Shown here: piece by piece, positions 1 to 12,789 of the stretch | Numbering within the stretch: position 1 is the stretch's first letter | Layout of the letters: each line of letters opens with the position of its first letter | NCBI GenBank assembly: GCA_038087875.1 | Contig: JAXLNO010000059.1 | Coordinates: 1 to 55,545, forward strand | Origin: Malacoraja senta | Taxonomy: Eukaryota | Length of the DNA stretch: 55,545 nucleotides | Reading direction: 5' to 3' | Notes under the pieces: model-generated | Database searches by the model: none | The model's input: only the letters and a program-made list of their open reading frames with translations | What the model was told of the DNA's origin: nothing | Position numbers and translations under genes: made by a program

Positions 1-135
1 GAATGCTTTAATATGCTAAAAATACAAGTTGGAAGATGGGGGGGTCTTAAAAATAACTACCGGAGCTGTTATTTTAATTGTGTAAAAGGAGTTATCAGAA
101 ATTCTGCTGATAACGGGATTTTCTGATTCCCTTAA

Positions 136-1163
136 ATGCACAAGAAGAATCCCAAGAGACCTGCTACAAGATCTCAAGTAAAACAACGGACCATAGAGCT
201 GGAAAAAACTCTGCAAACAGCAGCAGAAAGTACCGAAGAAGAATCTGAGGCTCAAAGAATACCTACTGTAATGGCTTCAAATGAGAAACAGCTGGAGCAA
301 CTCGAGCAGTCGGTAAGAACCTCATTAATGAGTGACTTTTCTAAAATGATGCTAGACGGGAATTCTGCACTGGAGAAAAATCTGTCTAAAAAAATTAAGC
401 GTGGTAATGAGGAAGTCATTGAGGAAATAGCTACTCTAAGGAAACGTATTGAAGAAATTGAGGAGGACTTAAACACAGAAATCAAACGGGTTGAAAAAGA
501 CTGTAACGAGAAGTTTGATTTGGTTCTCAAGACCACTAAAGCATTTTCCACGGTTATGGAAGATATGGAAAATGAGATGAAGGAAATGTCTGAAGAGATG
601 AAAAGATTGAGGAAGGAGCAAGAATGTGTATCGGGGCAACTGGCCAAAATGACTGACAAATGCCTGGATTTGGAAGCACGGTCAAGAAGGCAGAATTTAA
701 GAATAGTTGGAGTGACAGAGGGAAGGGAAACTGGAAAGAACTCTCGGGAGTTCGCTGCCAACTTACTTAAACAAGTATTTAAACTGTCTGACAATCCAAA
801 AATAGATGTGGCTCACCGGGTTCAACGAGTTCAATCAAGACCAGGAGCCCCCCCAAGACAGATCATAGTGAAATTTCACGACATTTCTGCTCTGTAAGAT
901 ATTATGAAACAAATTCCATTTAGAATGAATTTGATGTATGAAGAGGACAACCTGAGATTTTTTGGAGACTATCCACCAGAAATAGCCCCAAAAAAAGGAC
1001 ATGTTCTCAAACACACATTCTGAATGGAATCCAAAATGTAAGATATGGCATAATGTACCCTGGGAAAATGAGGATTACCTATAAGAATGTGGAACGTGCC
1101 TTCACTGTCCCAGAAGCGGCATTTAAATATGCGCAAGAAATTGTAAAGGAGATCGACACATAA
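136..1163 (+). pseudogene. L1 ORF1p (coiled coil + RRM + CTD), disrupted
   Basis: Coiled coil followed by LEARSRRQNLRIVGVTEG and IDVAHRV motifs. Premature TAA at 895-897; the frame continues (LRFFGDYPPE) and then frameshifts. Confidence 0.88.
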
Positions 1164-2190
1164 GTAAACAGCATGATTATAAGGAGTTGGTCCTTTATAA
1201 TATCGGCAGAGGGGAAGCGGTGAAGATATGACTTTTTAACAAAAGAAAATGCTCTCGTTAAGATGGTGGAATTTTACACGAGGCGATAGCTAGACACCTT
1301 ATCTCTTTGGAATGCCAACCCAAGGTCGAACTCTATGTTTCACTTGAAAAACAAAGCGGAGCCGAGAAAAATTAATACAAGTGGACTTGGAAAACAAAAA
1401 CTTATGAATTAAAAAATGTTTTATAATCTTATACTAACATATAAGTAATTAAGTAATCTAATATGAATCAGTATAATGTAATAATACAAGGGGCGAGGGG
1501 GGGTTTATTTCATACTGTTAATTAATCTTTAGAGTTAGGATAATGAGCTAAATATATCGATATATATTACTACCATACTAACAAACTAAAACACATATAA
1601 TAGATTCAGCCCCAGTTGTGCGTAAGTGGAGGGGAGGAGACTCAGACACTTGGCAGATAGCCAGGAGTCTGATTCTGATTAACCCCTTTCAACCTGCTGC
1701 TGTCTAATATAAGAGACTGGGACTTAACTGGGAAGTAAAATGTAATAATTGTTAGTATATATTAGTATATACTAGTATATAGTAGTATATACTTAATGCT
1801 AGATTATTAGAAGATGTATTTAGATAGACAGGTTTGAAAAGTTTTTTTTCTTTTTTTATATATATATATCACTCGGTTTTGAACTGGCCTTTCTTCCTCC
1901 TTACAACATTTGGTCAAGGGAGCAGAGCTTAATGTAAATTAACATCTACGGAAGTTCTTAAGAACTTAGCTACCACCTATAGGTGATTATTTTTTTATAA
2001 TATCCTTATTTTTAGATACTATAATAACTTCTTTTTTATTATTTTTATGTTACGTCACACTTTTCTTCTTTTTTTTCAAGTTTAAAGCGGATGTACAAAC
2101 AGCTTAGCAACCGTGAGTGCCCACCCAACACCTAGAGGCCTGAGGTATTGTGTTGCACCATATGACTTAAAGGTATTAAAGTAACTCATA

Positions 2191-2544
2191 ATGCAAGACG
2201 ATAAACAAAAGAAAATAGGAGGAATCACGTTTTGTAGCTGGAATATAAGGGGCGCTAATGAGACAATTAAAAGGGGTAAGATTCTCGCACAATTAAAATC
2301 ACTCCATACAGACATAATTTTCCTACAGGAAACACAACTGAAACTCCAAGCTCAGACTAGACTGAAGGCAAATTGGATTGCCCAAACATATTACTCTTCA
2401 TATATCTCTAAATCTAGAGGCACAGCAATTATCATTCATAAAGGCATACCATTTAAATCAAAGAATATCATAGCAGATAAAGAGGGGAGATATCTTATAG
2501 TTACGGGAGAAATCAACACTACACCACTTACTATGGTAAATATA
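2191..2544 (+). pseudogene. L1 ORF2 N-terminal part (APE-like endonuclease)
   Basis: SWNIRG, IIFLQET, SRGTAII and DKEGRY motifs; ends at ...MVNI where the Tc1 begins. Confidence 0.92.
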
Positions 2545-2762
2545 CAGTGGCTTGCAAAAGTTTTCATACCCCTTGAACTTTTCCACATTTTGTCACGTTA
2601 CAACCACAAACGTAAATGTATTTTATTGGGATTTTATGTGATAGACCAACACAAAGTGGTGCATACTTGTGAAGTGGAAGGAAAATTATACATGGTTTTC
2701 AAATTTTTTTACAAATAAAAAACTGAAAAGTGTGGCGTGCAAAAGTATTCAGCCCCCCTGAG

Positions 2763-3438
2763 TCAATACTTTGTAGAACCACCTTTCACTGCAATTACAG
2801 CTGCAAGTCTTTTGGGGTATGTTTCTACCAGCTTTGCACATCTAGAGACTGAAATGTTTGCCCATTCTTCTTTGCAAAATAGCTCAAGCTCAGTCAGATT
2901 GGATGGAGAGCGTCTGTGAACAGCAATTTTCAAGTCTTGCCAGAGATTCTCAATTGGATTTAGGTCTGGACTTTGACTGGGCCATTCTAACACATGAATA
3001 TGCTTTGATCTAAACCATTCCATTGTAGCTCTGGCTGTATGTTTAGGGTCGTTGTCCTGCTGGAAGGTGAACCTCCGCCCCAGTCTCAAGTCTTTTGCAG
3101 ACTCTAACAGGTTTTCATCCAAGATTGCCCTGTATTTGGCTCAATCCATCTTCCCATCAACTCTGACCAGCTTCCCTGTCCCTGCTGAAGAAAAGCATCC
3201 CCACAGCATGATGCTGCCACCACCATGTTTCACAGTGCGGATGGTGTGTTCAGGGTGATGTGCAGTGTTAGGTTTCCGCCACACATAGCGTTTTGTATTT
3301 AGGCCAAAAACTTCAATTTTGGTCTCATCTGACCAGAGCACCTTCCTCCACATATTTGCTGTGTCCCCCACATGGCTTGTGGCAAACTGCAAACGGGACT
3401 TCTTATGGATTTTTTTCAACAATGTCTTTCTTCTTGCC
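2763..3438 (-). pseudogene. Tc1 transposase, C-terminal catalytic part (DD34E), frameshifted; N-terminus deleted
   Basis: [29 protein letters not shown] and [15 protein letters not shown] motifs in ORFs 3141..3422 and 2763..3122. Confidence 0.95.
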
Positions 3439-5162
3439 TGGGACTGGGAGAAATTCAGAGACCAGCAGAGGAGGACAAAGGGCTTAATTAGGAAAGGGAG
3501 ATGGAGGAACTGAGTGAAATCCAGGTTAGTCGGGAAGTGGTGTTGGGTAAATTGAATGGATTAAAGGCCGATAAATCACCAGGGCCAGATAGGCTGCATC
3601 CCAGAGTACTTAAGGAAGTAGCTCCAGAAATAGTGGATGCATTAGTGATAATATTTCAAAACTCTTTAGATTCTGGAGTAGTTCCTGAGGATTGGAGGGT
3701 AGCAAACGTAACCCCACTTTTTAAGAAGGGAGGGAGAGAGAAAACGGGGAATTACAGACCAGTTAGTCTAACTTCGGTAGTGGGGAAACTGCTAGAGTCA
3801 GTTATTAAAGATGGGATAGCAGCACATTTGGAAAGTAGTGAAATCATTGGACAAAGTCAGCATGGATTTACGAAAGGTAAATCGTGTCTGACGAATCTTA
3901 TAGAATTTTTCGAGGATGTAACTAGTAGAGTGGATAGGGGAGAACCAGTGGATGTGTTGTATCTGGACTTTCAGAAGGCTTTCGACAAGGTACCACATAA
4001 GATATTAGGATACAAACTTAAATCACACGGTATTGGGGGTTCAGTATTGATGTGGATAGAGAACTGGCTGGCAAACAGGAAGCAAAGAGTAGGAGTAAAC
4101 GGGTCCTTTTCACAATGGCAGGCAGTGACTAGTGGGGTACCGCAAGGCTCAGTGCTGGGACCCCAGCTATTTACAATTTATATTAATGATCTGGACGAGG
4201 GAATTGAAAGCAACATCTCCAAGTTTGCGGATGCCACTAAGCTGGGGGGCAGTGTTAGCTGTGAGGAGGATGCTAGGAGACTGCAAGGTGACTTGGATAG
4301 GCTGGGTGAGTGGGCAAATGTTTGGCAGATGCAGTATAATGTGGATAAATGTGAGGTTATCCACTTTGGTGGCAAAAACGGGAAGGCAGACTATTATCTA
4401 AATGGTGGCCGATTAGGAAATGGGGAGATGCAGCGAGACCTGGGTGTCATGGTACACCAGTCATTGAAAGTAGGCATGCATGTGCAGCAGGCAGTGAAGA
4501 AAGCGAATGGCATGTTGGCCTTCATAGCAAGAGGATTTGAGTATAGGAGCAGGGAAGTTCTACTGCAGTTGTACAGGGTCTTGGTGAGACCACACCTGGA
4601 GTATTGCGTACAGTTTTGGTCTCTAAATCTGAGGAAGGACATTACAGCCATAGAGGGATTGCAGAGAAGGTTCACCAGACTGATTCCTGGGATGTCAGGA
4701 CTTTCATATGAAGAAAGACTGGATAGACTTGGCTTATACTCGCTAGAATTTAGGAGATTGAGAGGGGATCTTATAGAAACGTACAAAATTCTTATGGGGT
4801 TGGACAGCCTAGATGCAGGAAGATTGTTCCCGATGTTGGGGAAGTCCAGGACAAGGGGTCACAGCTTAAGGATAAGGTGGAAATCCTTTAAGACCGAGAT
4901 GAGGAAATTTTTTTTTTAAAAAGAGTGGTGAATCTCTGGAACTCTCTGCCACAGAGGGTAGTTGAGGCCAGTTCATTGGCTATATTTAAGAGGGAGTTAG
5001 ATGTGGCCCTTGTGGCTAAGGGGATCAGGGGGTATGGAGAGAAGGCAGGTACGGGATACTGAGTTGGATGATCAGCGATGATCATATTGAATGGCGGTGC
5101 AGGCTCGAAGGGCCGAATGGCCTACTCCTGCACCTATTTTCTATGTATCTATGTATCTATGT
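3439..5162 (+). mobile_element. 5'-truncated CR1 LINE (RT ORF 3501..4919)
   Basis: KSPGPD, NYRPVSLTS, GVPQGSVLGP and KFADA (the usual catalytic FADD is mutated); CR1 3' UTR ending in (TATCTATG)n at ~5140-5162. Confidence 0.95.
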
Positions 5163-8100
5163 GAGGAAGGACGGGCAGAGCATCGCCCGGACGCGGAAAC
5201 TGCAGTGGGGGAGCAAAGGGATCCGCGGCAGGCGGCCGCGGCTCGTTGACAAGACGAATATGCTGGCGGGACCGTCGGTAAATGGTTCCCGCATGGTCGA
5301 CGAGATAAGACCTGGGCGACCCCGCAGAGCCGATGATGGTAGCGAGCTTGGAGTGCCCGGAAGGTGTCTGCATGCGGACAACTTGACCGGGGAAGAGGCG
5401 CGGCAGTGGGTGGCAGGACTTGTCATGGGAGCGCTTCTGGACATCGTGCCTGACGGCAATGCGTTTCTGAACAGCAGCAGGCGAGAGGACAGACGGTATG
5501 AGGGAACGCTGGGCCACAGGGAGCGGGAGTCCGGTAGCGCGGGACATGAGCCGCTGAGCAGGGGAACCCATGGCAGAGTCGCGGGAGATGTTGCGGAGGT
5601 TGAGGAGGGCCAGATAGAAATCGGAGTTGGATAAGCGACATTGTTCCAGCAAGTTCTTTGCACTGCAGACGGCGCGCTCGGCCAGACCATTGCTTTGCGA
5701 GTACTCCGGGCTGCTGGTGAAATGGTGGAAGTTCCATCTTGAAGCGAAAGCTTTAAACTCGGAGCTCGTAAACTGGTTGCCATTGTCCGACTGCAGGCTT
5801 GCCGGGGGGCCAATAGTGCCAAAATGATGGCCTAACCTGTCGATGACGGCCGAAGAGGTTAGGGAGTGCAGCCGGTCGACCTCGAACCAGCTGGAGTAGG
5901 AGTCAACGAGAACCAGGAAGAGTTTGCCCCGCCACTCGAAAATGTCGACGGCAACCGCCATCCAGGGCAGTTCGGGGGCAGGCTACTGCAGAAGCGGCTG
6001 ACGCTGCTGGTGGGGGGCGAGACTGTTGCAGGTGGAACACGAGGAGACCCTCTCCCGGATGTATTGGGCCATACCAGGCCAATAGAACTGGCTCTGGGCG
6101 TGAGACACGGTGGCTTCGGCCCCAGGATGTCCGCGGTGAGCGACCTGAAAATAGTGGTCGTGCAGCGCAGCAGGCACGACCACTTTGTGACCCTTCACCA
6201 CCACGCCGTCGTGTAGTACGAGCTCATCACGGACCAGGAAGTAGGGCACGGCGCCAGCCGGCAACGCGGAACGACGGTCGGGCCAGCCCCGCTGGATGAC
6301 GGCAGAAAGCTGTTGCAGGACAGGGTCATTGGCAGTGTGTTCAACCAGGGACTTCATCTGCTGTGAAGGGACGATGTTCACTTGGAGCACCATCAGATCA
6401 GACATCTCATAGGGGTGGCGAACGGTGGACGTTAGCGAGGCGCGAGACAACGTGTCGGCCACGAACATGTCCTTGCCCTTGCGATAAACCACAGTGAAAG
6501 TGAAGCGCTGGAGCTGCAGCATCATGCGCTGCAGGCGGGATGAGGCAACATGGATCGACTTGTTGAGAATGGTGACAAGCGGCTGGTGGTCAGTTTCAAT
6601 GATGAAAGTGTTGCCCAGGACGTAGTCTTTGAATTTGGAGCAGGCAAACACCACGGCCAGTAGCTCCTTCTCGATCTGCGCGTAGTGCTGTTCGGTGGCG
6701 GTCATGGTGCGGGATGCGAAGGAGACAGGCAGCTGTAGGCCGTCATGGACCTGGAGACAGGCGGCACCGAGTCCGAACTGAGAGGCGTCGCAGGTGAAGA
6801 CAATGGGACGCTGCAGGTCAAAAAACTTGAGTGTAGGGGTACTGATTAGCTTGGACTTAAGGATGTCGAAGGCTTTCTGGTGGTGGGGGAACCAAACCCA
6901 GGACGTGTCCTTTTTTATCAAATCCCTCAGGGGAGCGCTGAACTCGCTGAGGTCGGGGATGAACTTCCGCAGGTAGTTCACCATGCCCAGGAAGTATTGT
7001 AGGCCTGCCACACCAGTAGGAGAAGGCATCCCGGAAATGGCAGCCGTTTTTTGCGGGTCCGGTTTCAGCCCCTCGGCGGTAAATACATGTCCAACATAGG
7101 TGACCTCCGGGACGCGAAATCGGCACTTCTTGGGATTCAGTTTCAAGTTGATTTCCCGGGCCCGGTCTAGGACCTGGCGGAGGTTGAAGTCGTGTTCGGC
7201 GACATTCTTACCGTAAACGAGGATGTCGTCAATGATGATGTCGCACGGTAGATCGGAAAACAGCTGTTCCATTGTCCGTTGGAATACCTCGCTGGCAGAG
7301 TTGATTCCGAATGGCATGCGGAGAAACCGAAATCTGCCGAAGGGGGTGGCAAAAGTTGTCAAGATGGAGGACTGCACATCAAGTGGTATTTGCCAGAAGG
7401 AGGTTTTGGCATCGAGGACAGAAAAGACCGTTGCCGGACCAACCTGTGCAGCGACTTCCTCTACTGTTCTCCTGGGGTAGTGTGGGCGTCTAATGGCCAG
7501 GTTGAGGTCTTTGGGGTTGATGCAAATGCGTATCTCGCTTTTGTCCTTTTTCGCGGCAACAACCATGGTGGAGACCCACCTGGTGGGCTCGATGACCGCC
7601 TTTAGGATGCCCATTTTTACCATGCTGTGTAGCGTCGACTCCACTCTGGCCTTCATGGCGAAGGAGACACGGTGAGGTGCATTGACCACTGGTTCGATCT
7701 TGCGGTTTACTGCAATCTTGTAGTTGCAGGGCAGTTTGCCCAGCTCATCATCAAAACGGTCGGGGTATTCGGCCAACGGGTCCATGAGGGCCTGCACCTG
7801 GTGAATGTCACGGTGGAAGGATACCAGGCCCATTTCCTGGCATGCTTGGATACCCAACAGGGTAATGCATTTTTGATCGAGGAGATAGAAGGTGAGGGGC
7901 CGAGAGGACTCAAGTATCTTGCAGCTTAGCGTAGCCTTTCCCACAGGAGTCAGGACCCCTCCCCCGTAGGCATGCAAAGTTGAGCTGTCAGAGAAAACCT
8001 GCTCATTAGTTCTTATCTTTTTGAAGAGTGTTGTTGACATAACGTTCGCAACCGCCCCGGTATCAATCTTAGCAGTGAAGGTCGAGTTGTTCACAGTTAC

Positions 8101-9078
8101 TCGCACTGAAGGGTCTGTTATCATAGCAGGTGCTTCCAACACAGTAAACAGGCTGTTCTCCCCCTGAGAGGAGTCAGATTCAGATACAGACTGTCCATCG
8201 AAATAGCACGGGGAGCTGAGCTCACTATCAGCTTGTACCAAGTTGTTTAAAATGCACCTCGGAGCAGCGAAAGGCTTCCCACGGGAACGACAGGCAGCAG
8301 CGAAATGGTTCAATTTCTTGCAGACATTACACGTTTTACCCAAGGCAGGGCATACATTGTATTGATGAGTGGTGAAGTTACAATTAGGGCACCTTTGCCG
8401 GGCACGTCCCCCGGGAGCAGTTCCTCCTTGAGCAGTGAGCGACCCCGGGGGTCGCGACCGGGGCGTGTTCATCAGACGGCTGGAAGTGCTGGCAAGGTTA
8501 ATATCATGGTCAGCCGGTGACACCGCCGAGGTGACAGCCTCAGCCAACCGGGTGGCATGCATTGCATCGTTAAAAGTCAGATCGGGCCTCCGCAAAAGTT
8601 CGGCCCTGAGCTTATCGTCGCGGAGACCGTAAACTAGAAGATCCCTAATAATCTCCTCGGGGGTCAGCGTGTTGAGGCGGCACCGCCTGGCCAGGTGCCG
8701 CAGCGCAGCGACATAGTTCTCTGCAGATTCCCCAGGGAGCTGATGCCGCGCGAACAGTTTAAAACGTTCTAAGATGCAGTTTGTTGGAATATCACAAATA
8801 GCATTAAACTTAGCCACCAGACATACCGGGTCCCGAGCAGATTCTCCCTCAGCGTAGACGAAGAAGTCTGAGTGACCCAGGGCCTCGGGGCCAGCCAAGT
8901 TGAGAAGCAGAGAGGCTGTGAGCTCTGGGGTGGCGGCAGGATGAGCGATCGTGACATAGTGGTCAAAGTCACGTTTGAAGACATCCCATCGATGGGCAAT
9001 GTCAGAATCGAAAATGAGCACATCGGGCTTACGGGCAGAAGTGGCCATAACGAGGAAATGAGAAGGTTGGGGAAACAA
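5163..9078 (-). pseudogene. Gypsy gag-protease-RT-RNaseH-integrase polyprotein with one frameshift near 5970
   Basis: Paired CCHC knuckles, IDTGA protease, LDAK...RMPFG...IIDD RT, TCDAS/EKE/TDH RNase H, HRGHPG...CSTC zinc finger, then VDSYS/SDNG/SNGLAER integrase core in ORF 5149..5961. Confidence 0.93.
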
Positions 9079-9348
9079 AAAACTGGGATAAAATTAAATA
9101 ATAAACCGATAGACAGGAGGCGCAAGGTAAGAGGTATGACACCATGTAAAGATGCTATAACGACACATCGTTACTTTATTATCTTTATTCATACTGGAGC
9201 ATTACATATTGCACTAGCTGTACGTGGTCTGTCACAGGAACTAGAGAGCGATCTGTGGGTGGGGAGGTTGTAGTTATACTTGTGATATGGGGAGTGGTTA
9301 GTAGTGATGAGGTCACTATATTAAAGGCACATGCATATATCATCTACA
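5163..9348 (-). mobile_element. Ty3/Gypsy LTR retrotransposon (Mag-like); 5' LTR present, 3' end lost
   Basis: LTR 9145-9348 (TGTAGATG...TTTACA on the minus strand), PBS TGGTGTCA directly after it, then the gag-pol ORF. Confidence 0.93.
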
Positions 9349-9627
9349 CTAATTAGGTGACTTCTGAAGGCATTTGGTTGCACTGGATTTTATTTAGGGG
9401 TATCAGAGTAAAGGGGGCTGAATACTTTTGCACGCCACACTTTTCAGTTTTTTATTTGTAAAAAAATTTGAGACCCATGTATCATTTTCCTTCCACTTCA
9501 CAATTATGCACCACTTTGTGTTGGTCTATCACATAAAATCCCAATAAAATACAATTACGTTTGTGGTTGTAACGTGACAAAATGTGGAAAAGTTCAAGGG
9601 GTATGAAAATTTTTGCAAGCCACTGTA

Positions 9628-12513
9628 TATGCGCCTAATTTTGATAATCCTCAATTTTTTAACAAAATACTGAATATAATTTCAGAGCTTAATTATCAAA
9701 ATGTGATAATGGGGGGAGATTTCAATTGCGTTTTAGATCCATATCTGGATAAATCTACACAACAAAAGAGGCTTAACATAAAATCAAAAGCCAGTGAACT
9801 AAATACATATATAAAAAATACAAATATAACAGATGTATGGAGGATCGCTAATCCAGCTGGAAGGGAATACTCTTTTTACTCAATGGTACATAAAACTCAC
9901 TCACGTATCGATTATTTCTTAGTGGACACGAAATTAATTCCATACACAACGAATCCTAAATATCATAACAGTATCATTTCTGATCACTCTCCGCTAACCT
10001 TTTTCTTAAAAATAGAAGGAATGCCCAATAAAAAATTGTTTTGGAGGTTTAATCCCCAAATTTTAAATGATCCACAAGGTAGTATATATCTAAAACAACA
10101 GATGGAATTTTTTTTTTAGACTAACGACACGCCAGGCATCTCACCCTCTTTATTATGGGAATCTTTTAAGGCATTTATTAGAGGATCTATAATTTCATAT
10201 CAAACATTTCAAAATAAAAAAATTAAGAAAGAACAATTGCAGTTAGAAGAACAAATTAGACAATTAGACCTAGATAATGCGAAAGAACCAACCGTAGATA
10301 AACACAATAAAATAACAATATTGAAATTTAAATTAAACAGAATCTTATCTGCAAGAGTTATAAGACTATTTCAAATTACAAAACAGGAAAACTTTGAATT
10401 CGGCGATAAACCACATAAACTCTTGGCACGTCAACTGAAAAAACGGGAAAAGGATCATACGATTTCAAAAATTAAATCAGATAAAGGCGAATTGTTAACA
10501 TTACCTAAAGACATTAATAAAAGATTTGCTCAATTTTATCAACATTTATATACATCAAAAACATCAGCAGATAACACTAAAGTTATAAATTTCTTGGATA
10601 ATTGTAACCTCCCAAAACTTAATCTATTGGAACAAGAGGAATTAGGAGCTCAGGTCTCAATTAAAGAAATAGAAGAGACAATAAACTCACTGAAGAATGG
10701 TAAAACGCCAGGACCAGATGGATTTAGTAACGAATTTTATAAAAGATTCTACGAGACAATCTCACCACGTCTACAAAAATTGTACACATACGCTTTTAAA
10801 GAACAAGCACTACCAGAAACATTAGCGGAATCAACTATTACACTTGTACCGAAAAAAGATAAAGATCTAGAAGATCCCGGCTCATATAGAGCCATTGCAT
10901 TGTTAAACACAGATCAGAAAATACTAGCGAAAACTCTAGCAAGAAGACTGAGCAAATACGTCAGTAAATTAATAAATGCGGATCAAACGGGGTTTATACC
11001 CAAGAGATATTCATTCAATAATCTGAGACGTCTGTTTAATATAATGTATTCATATAATACTGAAGAGGAAGTCTTATCAATTATTTCATTGGATGCAGAA
11101 AAAGCATTCGATCAGGTGGAATAATAATAATAATAATAGATTTGGGACTATCTTTTCAAAGTACTGCAAAAATTTCAAATGGGAGAGAATTTCATTTTAT
11201 GGGTAAAATTATTATATGACAAGCCGACTGCTAGAATACTGACCAATAATATTCTCTCTCCGAAATTTCAACTATCCAGGGGCAATAGACAGGGATGTGC
11301 ACTATCACCCCTGCTATTCGCTCTTGTGATAGAACCCTTAGCAGAAAGTATAACAACGCATCCGAACATCCACGGTTATAATACAAAACATTCAAATAAT
11401 AAAATATTATTATATGCAGACGACGTATTATTATATATTACAAAATCGCAAATTAGCATACCAAATATATTAAATTTAATAGAGGAATTTGGATCCTTCT
11501 CAGGATATAGAATAAACTGGAATAAAAGCGAAACTATGATGATAAAACCTCAAGCATCGACACACCTTTTAAAATTCCCCTTTAGAATTGCTACAGAAAA
11601 ATTTAAATATCTGGGTATTCAAATTACCAGAAAATATAAAGCTTTATTCATTGGGAAAGAATAGGAATTAAAATGTTTGGAGATATGTATGAAATGGGAA
11701 ACCTTTTAACATTCCAACAACTGCAACATAAATACAACCTGAAAAGTAATCAATATTTTAAATACCTTCAAATCCGTGACTACTTGAAAAAACATACACA
11801 AGAACATAAAACTTCGACTTCAGATATATTAGATGAAGCTATGAACAGAAAGGCGGACTCAACAAATTTAATATCATATTTGTATAATATCATTTTAAAC
11901 ATAGAGATACCACCGTCTGATGCAATTAGAAGAGATTGGGAGCAAGAATTATCTATAAAGACCTCAAAAGACAGATGGGATAAATATTTGCTACATGTAC
12001 ACAAATGTTCGATTAATGTAAGACATACCTTAATTCAATTCAAAATTTTACACAGATTATATTACTCGAAAACTAAATTGAATAAAAAATTTCCAAATGT
12101 GTCTCCCATCTGCGACAAATGCTCATCTCAAGATGCAACTATAGCACATTCTTTTGTCTTTTGCATAAAACTTCAGAAATTTTGGAAGGAAATTTTCAAA
12201 ATTTTTACAAAAGTATTATTAAATAAAACTGAACCGCAACGCAGAACTGATTATCTTTGGAACAACGGAGGTCGGCCCTGAGCTGACTTCGTTCCAAAAG
12301 AGTTTCCTTAATTATGGCTTAATAACGGCAAAAAAACGTATATTAAAATTCTGGAAAAATGCACCAACACCAACGCTTAAAATGTGGATCTCAAATATGT
12401 CTGAAATGTTACACCTAGAAGGCATGAGATTCGTCCTAGCAGGCAAATCAGACCAATTCTTAAAGATTTGGTCTCCCTTTATCGATTTATTACAAGCATA
12501 TGGTGCAACATAA
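9628..12513 (+). pseudogene. L1 ORF2 remainder (endonuclease C-half, reverse transcriptase, Cys-rich domain), fragmented
   Basis: YAPN, GGDFN, SRIDY, SDH; PGPDG, SYRAIALLN, LDAEKAFD, RQGCALSP, LYADD; CDKC-H-C knuckle. Frameshift at the poly-T near 10110, a (TAA)n insertion at ~11122-11142 and an internal deletion near 11650. Confidence 0.92.
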
Positions 12514-12789
12514 CCCTGGAAATTAAATGTTTCAGAACCGGGTGATGGGTGCGCAAAGATATGAAGCAGCTATATCCCTTTTATCTTCTTTTTCTTTTTT
12601 TTCTTTTTTTTTTCTCTTTTCTTTTCTTCTCTCTCTTTTTACTGCACTTTTTCACAATCTACTACTTTCACCACCTTATCTAACTTTCATTTTCTCTCTT
12701 TTTGCTTCTACTACTTTTTTATTATTAAGTTTATACTACTGTGTATGACTTCTAATAAAAATATTTTAAAATAAATAAATAATAAAACA

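Larger units (their letters stand above)
2545..9625 (-). mobile_element. Tc1-family DNA transposon with ~213-bp IR/DR-type TIRs and TA target duplication, carrying nested insertions
   Basis: TIR CAGTGGCTTGCAAAAG at 2545-~2758 and its inverse at ~9413-9625; TA at 2543-2544 and 9626-9627. Removing the element plus one TA restores L1 codons N-I-Y-A-P-N. Confidence 0.95.
1..12786 (+). mobile_element. L1-clade LINE (fish/amphibian type, long inter-ORF spacer), decayed and interrupted by a Tc1 insertion at 2545-9625
   Basis: ORF1, an ~1 kb spacer, ORF2 pieces (EN, RT, Cys-rich C-terminus), a T-rich 3' UTR, AATAAA and an A-rich tail at ~12754-12786. The 5' end may lie outside the window. Confidence 0.9.

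Noticed and set aside
5068..9273. Many plus-strand and alternative-frame ORFs over the Gypsy element
   Set aside because: Shadow ORFs of GC-rich coding sequence with no recognisable motifs.
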